Source: Laetmonice hystrix (Eukaryota). From it: a stretch of 64,000 nt of DNA. The stretch's first letter is position 1. Each line of letters begins with the position of its first letter. Shown piece by piece: positions 11,928-23,628 of this stretch. Under the pieces are notes generated by a model. That model was not told the origin of the DNA. It saw only the letters and a program-made list of their open reading frames with translations, and made no database searches. The stretch spans positions 18,166,001-18,230,000 of the forward strand of contig OZ249439.1 in assembly GCA_965235115.1 (NCBI GenBank), given 5' to 3'. The translations under genes and the position numbers were made by a program.

Positions 11928-12431
11928 GAATGCCAGTGAAAACGTCCCCATGCAAGGACGTCCCTAAGTGAAAACGTCCCCAGCCACCACCGGTCCTATG
12001 TCCGCCCCTCGGCATGCTCCCGCTGATCCACTGGTTGGAAAATGTATTCCATGAAAAGAATGATTTTACTTTGGGCCATATATACTTTGTACTTTCGAAG
12101 GCCGATGTCATGAAATGTGTTCCGCGAGGAGGTAGGGAAGGGAGAGGAGGGCTTGGATATGCCGGGAACACGGGCGGCAGGGTGGGGCGGACACGACCGG
12201 GCGGATTTTGCGAGACCGGGGTGGATATGTTGGGCATTCTCTCAATCTAATATAACTTTATAAGGCCTGTAACAAGGTATCACACTAACATGTAACAAAC
12301 AACTCACAAATAGAGTCTATGATATAGGCCTATAGGAACAATACATAGGCCTAATGCCAATGGGGACGTTTCACCTTGGGGACGTTTTCACTTAGGGACG
12401 TCTTTGGTTGGGGACGTTTTCACCTGACACC
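11928..12431. mobile_element. Non-autonomous DNA transposon (MITE, hAT-like), ~504 bp
   Basis: ~47-bp inverted repeats GTGAAAACGTCCCCA-N6-GACGTCCCTAAGTGAAAACGTCCCCA at 11936-11982 and (reverse complement) 12377-12423. An 8-bp direct repeat AGACCAGA at 11920-11927 and 12432-12439 lies exactly 8 nt outside the IR core on each side. No transposase ORF. Confidence 0.7.
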
Positions 12432-15400
12432 AGACCAGATATTCCGTCAATACAGTTTCAATCCCATGTGTTCCGATGAAGGAAATGTATCCATGTGTCT
12501 GACAGCTTTGTTTAAGGAAGACAGTAAAGTTGATTTGTCATGCCTACCTTCTCTGCTGAACTGTCATACCTCCGTTAGTCGTAGTACGATTCTTACATCC
12601 ATATACGTTGGCAGTCACTAGATCCTGTTTAATATGGAAGTAATAGACCCGTGCCAGTCGTCACCCCCGATCTCCCACTCCTTCACCTATGAACAGTCGT
12701 TTCCCCGCCGGTGACTTATTAGCCATATATTTCTCTGGCTCTGTGTCCTAGTGCATGACAGTGGCCTGACTGGGACGGTCTGTGGGGTTCTACAACCATC
12801 CACGTGCTCGTCACCTCTGTGGTATTCTGTCAGTGTATATTCTGGGCTGGCGCACGTGACCACAGCTAGTGTCTGTCACGACCGCGTGGGGGCGTGCCCG
12901 GTTGGTCTGAGGACGACTGGTTGGGGAGGGTGGGGTGACACCACGGCAAGTTGTGGTTGGACCACGATTCCTTACTGTAAGGGAGTAGTAGGCCTACTGG
13001 GGCTCTAGTTTAAGGGCCTTTGTAGGAGCTCCTTAGTTTGTGTCGGATGTGTGGTGCAGCCGTATATAGACACGGTCATAATGTGACTGAATACCAAACA
13101 ACTGTGGGGCCAAGTTTCTCCTAGCTACCACAAACACGTGCTGGCCACTTGGTCTCCACCAGCGTACTTAGTCGTCTGACGATAGGCACTCAGACGGGAC
13201 GCTGACATCATGATGTGACATCATGATGACACTTCCGCCGTGAAGGTTTGATTGGATACACGGAGAGGGCAATGATCGGGATCAATACAAACCACGTTAA
13301 TCGATCTCAAGTAGGAGAGCCACAGCGCGATTAGAGTTTACACTACAACCTATATGAACAATGCCAGTATGACTCACCCAACAACCACAACTAATCTGGC
13401 TCAGCCGGCGTGAGCAAAATCTTTCTGTCATAATGGGCCAGTTGTACGAAACGTTACGGACACTCTATACCCCGCTTAACGAATGCTTTGGTTAGAGATT
13501 ATCCGCGGCGTACATAGTAATTATACAACATTGATTACCGATAACATGCACTCTGTGTTCCTCTCCTACATTTGCAGTTCTCTTTTCATCTGATCTCCTT
13601 TAGCGAAATATTTATAGATGTGACAATTAATGAACTATTGTGTGTCACTTAGGCCTGGCACCGTTCTGGCTCAGCCCCTGACTGCCGACTGTGACAGCCT
13701 CCACTTATCTTACCTAAGCATGGCCAGCTCCCCAGATCACCGGTCAGTTTTGCTGGCCGCCCACCTGTGAAGGTATCTATTATAATTCACCATACCATCA
13801 GGTCCACAGCCACTGTCAGTGTCACAGTGATAGAGGGCGCTGTGGTCAGGCCGAGAAACCCCCAAGTCACCTTTATAAGGAACGTGGAATTACCATTGAT
13901 AGCCGACGTCATCTAAATGCTGATTCAAATGCAAAACCTTTCGACAAATTTTAACATTCCTAAAGGAGTATAGGTTTACGAGTTCGTCACCTGTCTACCG
14001 TAAACAAACACGTGTGAGTGAGGAGAGAATGAATGCAGCAAGCAGAGAATAGCCATGGGTTTTTTCCTGACTTGATTTATGGCCCCACCTGGCCACCGAC
14101 TTGGGACTTTACGGTGGTAACGATTTATTATAGGCATGTCCCAGTACGGAGAAAAAAAAACACATCTTTGCCTTTTATTTGTCAAATTATTTCATCTGCG
14201 CATACTAGCCTTGTAAAAAATTATATTGTGCCCCCCCAAACAAAAAAATCAAAAGCTCTTTTCAAAATTCTATAGGAGTGACCTCAGCTGCTCCCCATAA
14301 TGACCCCGGTGGAGAGCGGCCTCCCAACATTCCTTGCCACTTGCTGCCTTCCGTTCGCTTCGGCCCACCGTGTAATTTGTACATAAAGGACATACAGCAA
14401 CCACCATGCCACCACTGGGAGCCCCCCATGTCAATACACCGGCGGTTTGCTGTAGTTTTTTTTACCGAGGACACCCAGCGCACCCTGAGGGTCGGACTTG
14501 ACACGGCGCTGACATAACGAATTCCCCAGCGGCCATCAGGGGGAAATATAACCACTAGAGCAGGCCTGGGCCTGTCATGATGGGCCATGCCACATCTTAC
14601 ACCTGTCAATTATAGTCCCCTACCTCTTTGGAGTCTCATTATTTAAATTCAAGTCTATAAAATAGCATTCATATCATCGATTACTAACTAACAGACTGAT
14701 TGTGGCATGCTCATCTGATTTGGACAACCTTTTTACCCTCAGGTCGATGCGACGTCTTAGCTTTTTTGGTCCGACAGTGGAAAAGTTGTTGTTAAACCAG
14801 CAGATTAAGATTAAAGTTTTGTGATAATGGTATTCTCATAGATTTCTGATGCAGGACACCAGCAAGAACCGAACAATTCAAAACTTTTTTCAACGAAATG
14901 AAATGTTGCAGTCGGGTTTGTACGCTGTTTATAACGATCGCTCTAGGGAATATCCTTTGACCAGCATTCAGAAACCCAACGCCATTCTCGCTGGGAACAG
15001 ACGTAACGTATCACAACAGTTCGTGCGACAAAAGCCATTATTTTAAGAGCTTGTTCTATATTTTACCCGGTGGGTCTTTGTGTGATGCCGGTCTATCAGA
15101 GCGTGAAGTCACTGGCCAACTTTCCGTTGTTTGACACCAGAACACCGAGCTTATGTCCTGTTATTCCACACTTTTAGTCTGAGAATAAGTAAGCATAAAA
15201 AACGTCACTTTTGTATGCACTTAGCTTACATCCGTTTTTTACGATGGAAACCTTGTTTATGATGGAAACGTATCTGATATCGACGTGAATACATATAGTA
15301 TCTGGTCTCTTTGTGTTGTCTTTAGTTTCGTGTCCAATTCTCACTCCAGCTAAGTGCATACAAAAGTGACTATCTATTTCAGTTGGCCCACACTTTAATA

Positions 15401-17125
15401 CCTAAAGCCAGCTTTATTTTGGGTTTGGGTTGATCTTTCCCTGTAAATGACCCGACTACTGACATACGATCTACACTATTTACCCGAGAAGTGAGAATAG
15501 AACGCCCACAATGATTCTGCTCCCCGACCTCTGATACTGGCCAGGCCGTCTCTGACGACTGTGTGGCTGGCTGGCTGGCCGGAGGTTGTGGGGTTTAGGA
15601 TCAGGCTATACTTAACGTTACCACCTGATCAAAGCTGCCGACCGTGTTAGTAAGGTAGCATTTCCTGCGCCGAGCTGCACAAAGCTCACTCTAATCCCGA
15701 CTTAGTGCCAGACATAGGTCCCCAATGTATTCAGCTTGCATCATCTACTTCAAACTTGGCTTTTGCCTCAATCGTAGTTGACTGACGACCATGGGTATTA
15801 TGCTGTAAACATTTGAACTAATCAATGATAAACATAGTCGGGCACCATGGTGCAGCCATAAAAAAAAGGCATCAAACATCTTATGACGTATTACCTTTCT
15901 AAACGTTCTCTAGGGAGGTCATTCAGTCAGGCCGCGCTCGTAACTCTCAATAACTTTACCCTTTGGTAGATCTCCTTATCCTGTGGGTTCCCCGTCCCAG
16001 CGTCCATCCATTGGTGGCAGACCACAGATACAGTGTCCCCTATTAATGACCTGGCAGAAGAACCCCAGGAAGCAGGCACAGGGCCATCCTCCACTGCCCA
16101 CCCCACCCCCTCCCACGTTCTTCACCTTGATTCCATGTGACAAAACCATCAGGTCCACTTCTCTCTCTTTCTGTCACATTGTTACTGGTGGCAGCCACGG
16201 ACATTAGGAGTCCCATCAAATTACAATCTGCAAACTTCTCGACTGGCCCACATGGGAGCTAAGGTCACATTCCTCGACTGTTTCCTCTGGACGGTTCCCA
16301 CCCCGTGGTGGAACTCTCGGCTCACCCAGTGACCACACACACTAAGGTGGACTCCCACCAACAATGGGCCACCACAGTTACGAGTTCCATTCATGTGCTA
16401 ATTGTTTCATTAAGCTCCATCTCTGAGTCATATTTGGTGGCGGGGGATTATGAAGTCAGACCAGTATTGTTAAACTTTTGATGTGTTCGGGGCAAAGTGG
16501 AGCCAGCCTACACTGCAGCACAGATCTATCATTACATGCCGTTTGCCAAACACCTCTTCTTGACACCGACTTCTTGTTAAGAATACCATGGTTGTAAGTC
16601 CGGCCCTGGAAGCCTACACACTCAGTGTATCACTGCCGCCAAGCTTTCTGTCTGCTGGGTTCCCTGGAATGTCCCACAACGTACCGCCTCCACAGTCTAC
16701 ATCCTCCACGCCATATTGCACGGATCACAAACATTTCCTATATGCATACAATTCAAAACACCAAATAAAATATGGATATTTTATATATATAAAGATGTTT
16801 TACCTAACATTTTCATTTGGTGATGCTCTCAGTCGATGGCAGCACCCTCCAACAACTTTTCCCAGTACCTGGGGAACCATACATTTCTAAGTGAGCCCAT
16901 TCAGGGTGAGTCATTGCCACCTAGCCAAACACCTTTCACCATGAATAATTTAGGAATTGATTGATAAAGTAAACCTAACCTATTGACGGTTGACCCACGG
17001 TCTGACCCGACCTACATGCCCACACTGGCTGTGAACATGACCTGTGATCAAATGTTCTTCCAAACAGACACCAACCTAATGACCCCTACAATGTCACCAT
17101 ACGCAGTCGAGACGGCCTCCTGGTG

Positions 17126-17358
17126 GAGGCTGCGAGAACCCGTGGCTACCCTCGCCCCCCCCACGTCATCCCTGACCAGTGCATCCTTGATCATGTCCGG
17201 CAAGAGGCTGCGAGAACTCGTGGCTACCCTCGCCCCCCCCCCCACGTCATCCCTGACCAGTGCATCCTTGATCATGTCCGGCAAGAGGCTGCGAGAACCC
17301 GTGGCTACCCTCGCCCCCCACGTCATCCCTGACCAGTGCATCTTTGACCATGTCCGGC
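17126..17358. repeat. Tandem repeat, ~78 bp x3
   Basis: GAGGCTGCGAGAACCCGTGGCTACCCTCG(C)nACGTCATCCCTGACC...; the C-run differs between copies (8/11/6). Confidence 0.95.
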
Positions 17359-17785
17359 GAGAGATGAACAGGTGTCCCCTCCCGGACTGCCCACTCCACC
17401 ACTGGCGCCATTTATCAACACCAGTCCTCCTATTCACCAGGATGTCTGTGGTCCTCCACCATCTGTGGATTTTTGTACCGTTTTGTGTTGGTAAGATGGG
17501 CGTAGAGTTCCTGGGTAGAGGGGCGGGTTGGCTTCACAGGGAAGCATTGCATTAAAGATGGGGAGATTACACGTGAAAGAGGATGCCATCACATACGTCG
17601 AGTTCACATCAAGATTTCTGCTTCAAGTTCTTCACATAAAGGTCCTGCTGGTGTCAAATTTCTTCCCCCATTACCTTTTAGAATAGAGATAATTTCAAGT
17701 ACCACCCAAAACAGGAACTCCGCCCTGAATATGCTCAGAGCCTGGGCTCCCTCAGACACTACATTCTGAGTAACGCCTTTCTGTT

Positions 17786-17817
17786 GGTGGGGGTGGGGAT
17801 GGGGGGGGGGGGGGGGT
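17786..17817 (+). other. G-tract cluster, potential G-quadruplex
   Basis: GGTGGGGGTGGGGATGGGGGGGGGGGGGGGG. Similar tracts occur at about 31431-31470 (+) and C-tracts at about 55537-55572. Confidence 0.6.
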
Positions 17818-18558
17818 GCAATGAATTACAGCAGCCATCTTATGTTTGGAACGGCTTGGCGTCTGTCCAAACTACCGTGGGCAGACGGTCACAGCCACCC
17901 AGGTCTGTTTGACGGGCATCACTCCAATCTCCTGATATCATATATCATAAGTCATATATCACTCGCCAACCCTCCACTTCTCCCGACCTACGGTCCCGTC
18001 AGATACCCAGATATTGGGTACGACCCCTGCATGCCTCCAGTCAGCCACAACCACACGGTCCACTTCTATCCCTATATACTATGTGTTGTCCACAAATACT
18101 ACTCACCTCATCCAAGCTCGCCACCTTTCCGGGTCCCTTTTATATTTTTAACTACCAACTTTCCGTTGCCTATGTTCGTTCCAGTGCCCCTGGCCATGCG
18201 TCCAGCAGCAGGGACTCGGTGTCATCCTATGAATGGCCATACCAGACAGCGGGTTCTAAGTGGTCACATCCCGGCGTGCTGATAGCCTCTTGAGGTGTAT
18301 CCTTTATGACGACAGTCGGTGAAGTGAAGACGTTACAGTGGAGGAGGTATGTGAGGCGAGCCGAGGGGCTGTGTTCTGTTCCGACCAACCACCAGCTCCG
18401 GCTGACATGTCAAGAACCCACTGGCCGGACACGGTGAATTCTTGCCACCACTAATTGCTTCTGGCAGCGCAAAAAGAACTTGGGAAGAATAACACCGGAC
18501 ATGTGCGACACCTGAATCAGGTTCTGCGAGTTCTTCCAGGTGCGTGTGAGCGGCTGGT

Positions 18559-18578
18559 TGTGTGTGTGTGTGTGTGTG
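18559..18578. repeat. (TG)10 microsatellite
   Basis: Direct reading. Confidence 0.9.
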
Positions 18579-20960
18579 ACAGGTATTGTTGGACATTTCT
18601 GGAGATTTCTTTTTATCAGAAATCGGATCAGCATACCAGTGGACTGACTTCTGAAGGACATGATATTGTCCAGCACCACACTCCCACCTACAATAATAGT
18701 GAGGAAGGTCCAATGACCTGACAGGTCTGACTGACACGGCCCAAACCTGTCCCGTGCCAACCAACAGGCTTTCTATCAATATAATATACTACCGTATGTT
18801 CACCAATCATCGACTCAGATGCTGTCTGACATCGATTAGCTTTAACAATACAAAATGTAATATCCTGCATGCTGGAACCACAGGTCGTCATAATAACATT
18901 CACCTTAATCCACTGGCAATGAATTTTCATCCCCTTCTCAGTTTAACACAGCCTGTTCTGGACCTTTAATTTCGCCCCCCCCCCCCCTTGGCAACACACA
19001 TAAACCAGATCAAATCAAGGTTGCTACTTTATTGATAACAGCTTAAGGAGCGCGTCAGCTTTCGATCCCTGGCGTCCACCCTTTGTGAGAGCAGCCAGGT
19101 GTGTGGGGGGTACAGGTGTCAGTCTGTCATCAGGTAGGCATCCCTAACATCACACCTGTCCCTGGGTAAACCTTCCCGATACATACCCCTGGCCTCCCCT
19201 TTGATCGTCAGATCACCACACTGACAGTTCCACCTTATCAAACCTCAACACCTCACTGCCTACTCGGCTAAGTTTCGCAGTGTTTTGTGCCAGTATTCTA
19301 GTATGTCTATTTCACGGCTGCCCTATCTTGATTGGCCTAATACCAGGAGATGATTATCAAATACCCTCACGGTCACCAGGAGCTTTTCTGTTTCCTTGGC
19401 GACAGGCTTTCTCTACCAAGCCAACAAAATCCCGAAAGATAACATCCTACAGTTGGTACCTCTCCACAACAATGACACGCAGTCAGGCCTTGTCATTCAG
19501 CCATCTCAGAGAACGTCACTTTCTCTCTATCCTGACCTCTGACGTAAGAAACGTTCGAATTCTGAACGTCCAGGTGCCATTCAACCATCCAACTGCAACT
19601 GATTGTTAAAATCCTCAGGGGTTCTCTATACTTGTAGGTCAAACCCAGCTGGGGTGACGCCATCCCGACGGTTGATCTATTCACGTTAGGACGTCATCAG
19701 GGCCACTCCCCGGCGGGGGTCCGGGTGGCCGTGGTCACTGCCGACTACGACTCAGGGGGTTGGTCTCACTCTCTGTACAGGAATCACCATCATTGTTCCA
19801 TTTCAGTTCTCTTTGCGGACTTAAACTTATGATTTGCTGCTGTTGAAATAAAGTATTGCATTTTCACATTCTTGCCAATTACTTTCTTTTTGTTGTTGGA
19901 CACAATCAAAATTGGAAACCCAAAATTGGCTTGGTCACAACATGAGGCACTACACACTGTCATTGTTAGACCCTGCCACCGGTTGTAGTCATTACCACGA
20001 CCATAACGGAACATTGTTCACGACACTTGGCAATGGTTGGATGCACTCGGCATGTAGGTAACACCTCAACTAAGATCAACAACATCAGTCTATGAAAACA
20101 TACGCGACTTTTTCCACGTTCGTACCTTTTGACTACGTGGTTTATCTCCCCAACTGTACTTTAAAAGGTTTTATTGTTAACTTGAGATTACGTCTCTAAT
20201 GCTCGATAATCAACACAATGTAGATCACAAGATAAGGGTACCTTGTAAACAGGGGGTATGATACCGATGTAACTTCTCCTGGGTGATAGAAACACACCTA
20301 GTCTCATAAAGGTGAGAATATATTACATCTAATTCTAGGATTTGAAATGGTTCAGTGATGTAGCGTTAAATTTCTGTCCAACTGGTCCTTTGACACTCAA
20401 GAGCCTGAGTGCACAGCACTCTACAGAGCACTTCCTCTCTGGGGAAGTGATTGTTCTAGTTGACCTTTCCCATGACATATTCCCAGGAGACATAGGTGGA
20501 ACACGTACATTTCACTCCTAGTTAGTTCATTGTTCCTTTTCACTCGTTGGAATTTTACTATCTGCGTGACTTTCCGTCTAAAGAAAGTTCCATCCCTGAC
20601 AAATGTTTCTGAACATTGATACTGACAACAAAATATTGGTGTCTAGCTAGCCATGCATGCGATCGATTAATTTTAAACCGACACACCACTGAACCATCAC
20701 TGAATATTCATGTCTTTTAAAGATTGCTACACCCATTTATCATGGTACTGTAAGCCACTGCTTAAAGGTCAGGGGTCATCTCTGTCAGCGACTGTCCTCA
20801 TCTAACTCCCATCGACGGTCTTCTCCACACAAAGGGTGATGTCAGTTAGGGATTTGGTGGGGATGGGGTTGTTTTCTGATGATTTTATTCTTACCCTTAC
20901 CTTGTGATTGAACCCTGTTCATCTAGTGATCGAAACCGTGAAATCTGTCAAACCATTAAC

Positions 20961-21330
20961 ACAGACCACTGGGCAGGGGACCTGGTGTTCACTGGTGGGG
21001 GTAGGACAGATCCCAGAAAACATCTCTGTCCACAGACCACTGGACAGGCGATCCGGTGTTCACTGGTGGGGGTAGGACAGATCTGATCCCAGAAAACATC
21101 TCTGTCCACAGACCACTGGGCAGACGACCCGGTGTTCACTGGTGGGGGTAGGACAGATCTGATCCCAGAAAACATCTCTGTCCACAGACCACTGGGCAGG
21201 GGACCAGTGGTGTTAGCTGGTGGGGGTAGGACAGATCTGATCCCAGAAAACATCTCTGTCCACAGACCACTGGGCAGGCGACCCGGTGTTCACAGCTGGG
21301 GTAGGTCTGATCTGATCCCAGAAAACATCT
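20961..21330. repeat. Minisatellite, 71-78 bp x ~5
   Basis: ACAGACCACTGGGCAGG...GGTAGGACAGATCTGATCCCAGAAAACATCTCTGTCC units start at 20961, 21032, 21108, 21184 and 21262. Confidence 0.95.
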
Positions 21331-22445
21331 CAAGTCCTTCTAAATCGACCTCCACTCACTGCTACATGGTAACCTATCCTGTATTACATCCTAGAATGGG
21401 TCCTAATCTATCCATAATACCAAGGTGTAAATCCAGACTGGTGCCCTTCCAGACTGGATGGTGGGGTGGGGTCCACATCTCCCACATGTGGTTTTACTGA
21501 GACCTTAACGATAAGTTAGTGGATCCAAGCCTCGCCACCGGCCACCATGGACTGACGCCCCATGGATGACAAATATACCGGAACGTGGCCCCAGACGGAG
21601 GTATGGCTTTGTGTGATGTCCTGAACGAGCAGACGTGAGCAATGAATGTCTGCCCCGCTCACGGCCTGTGATCCACCGCCCCTCCCCCTCCTCCGGTCAG
21701 ACGTTCCTCAGTCTTTGTGCTCCAGGCTGTTACACTGGGGAGTAGGGAATAACGATAGCCTTGCTATCAATTGTGAGGGTTTCTTCTTTTATCTGGCTAC
21801 CCGGTCTTTGTGAGGTCATCTTGACTGATGTGCCAGCTACATGAATAATATATATATATCTTTTAGATCGTTTGCAAGGGGCGGGCGGATTATCCTGTGC
21901 ACGTATCTTTGTTCACATCGGCTGTCGTTTTACCATCGACAAATGACAATATGTCCATAGGTTCCTCGATCGAGTGGCCCTTACAGATTTCATATTCAGA
22001 CAGTTTATAAGCAGATCGGACAAGCTGCATTCTTTTCCTTGCATCTGGTTTTTACTGCCACTCCTAACTCCTACACCTGTTACTGATTAAGTCGTTTCTC
22101 TCAGCCAAACATCTAAGCTTGACAGAAAACTGTAGGGTCAGCGTTTGCTGGGATAGACACCCGAATCTAACCGCTTTTAGTGGTTCTAATATATACTGCA
22201 CCGGTAGTATTTTCAATATCTATTTCCAGAGAAATAGGTCTGAAGAATTTCTGGAAGTACATTCTGATGTGTTGTCAGCACGGTTGCACATGGACACCAA
22301 TTACACGTAGTCTCCTCACGCTATTTTAACTGTCCCTAACAAGCAGAAGTTCATTATGAGGCACAACAGTTCATCTTTATATATTCTCCTTCATATTCAG
22401 GTCACTGTCTATTAAATAACTGATCACCTGAGCACACTGACTCAC

Positions 22446-22531
22446 TGGTCAACTTCTTTCTCCGCCTGACATATTTCTTCAGACAAATTCTGCATTCCTT
22501 GCCCGTTACATTTTTGTCTGTTGACTGTCAT
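22446..22531 (-). CDS. Candidate alternative first coding exon MTVNRQKCNGQGMQNLSEEICQAEKEVD(H), phase 2
   Basis: Kozak ATCATGA; donor CCA|GTGAGT; Inr-like TCAGTT at 22594-22589, about 60 nt upstream of the ATG. Confidence 0.45.
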
Positions 22532-23607
22532 GATGAGTGGCAAAAAACTGGGTGGAGACACCAGGCGGAGACAAGCGACTGGCAATTAAACTGACACTCG
22601 GCCATACCAGACGTAAAACATTAATACCGATTGTTTCATTGTCTTCTGACACAAGCTACATGACTTTATGAGCTTGCTTTGAAGAGATTTGTCAGCTATA
22701 CACTGGGTCGGGTCTCTCTCTACCACATATGTAGTACTGTATTAACCATCTGATGACAAAGTTCTGAGAGAAAATCATTTCAAATTTCGTAAAGTACAAA
22801 GTTATCAAGTAACGTCTTCCCGTGAAAAATGGTAATATGAAAGAGTAAAAAAAGGTCTGGACAGCGAGGAGTAGTGGCTACCGTATGGATTCTATCTCTC
22901 ACCAGTATTCCTACAACCAACCTCCACCATGGTAGTCGTCCACGTACACCTGTCCACTGACGGAGGCTGGGGTCCACGGTAACGACCAATCCTTACAGAC
23001 CATCCAACAAAAAGTCATAGGTTCAATTCTATAGGCTCTCAAAACTGCTATACTCGGCTACTGACAATGTACTGCTTGTTTGGTTCCGGGCCGGTAAAAG
23101 ATACTATATTTATCATATAATGTTGGGGTTCCCCCCAAAACCCCTAGAGCAACGGGCCCACCTGGCAACGGTTTGGTGGATATAATCACCATACAGTGCC
23201 CCTGCCCGGCGGCCGCCAGAACTATGACAGCGAATTCTCCACAGGTCATTCATCTCAATACCCATGAATAGTTGTAATATGAACGCGTGACCAGCAGTCT
23301 GAGGACTACACTGAGCCCCTCTCAACGTTCATAGAGTTTTAAGGGTTCGTATCATAAATGATATTATTATACCTAGGCCTGGGACCGTGAGTCCGTGTGA
23401 ATCTAGTGTGGGCCATTTTACGAGGAACCATCACCGAACCTTACTTATGACGGGAAATGATAGATAACCTCCATGTAGGCCTATACACACCTGTGTTTGG
23501 CCAGTGATGCCTGGTCGTCTGTAAAATCTGCATATACCTCGCCTTGCTCTTGGTCAGCGAACTGACCAGTGTCCAAAATCGGTAAGCCTTGGGGCTGGGT
23601 TACTCAC

Positions 23608-23628
23608 CACTGACCACTGCCACCCATT
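23608..23628 (-). CDS. Candidate 21-nt micro-exon A-ATG-GGT-GGC-AGT-GGT-CAG-TG (MGGSGQ), phase 2-2
   Basis: Branch-like CTGAC plus ttcattgcttgccag| acceptor; donor GTG|GTGAGT; Kozak AGAATGG. Confidence 0.45.

Noticed and set aside
13378-13431. ATG-led segment with a strong GTGAGT donor (likewise 20922-20901 and about 33991)
   Set aside because: These end in phase 0 or 1 and are out of frame with the common acceptors. I record them as counter-examples showing such patterns arise by chance.
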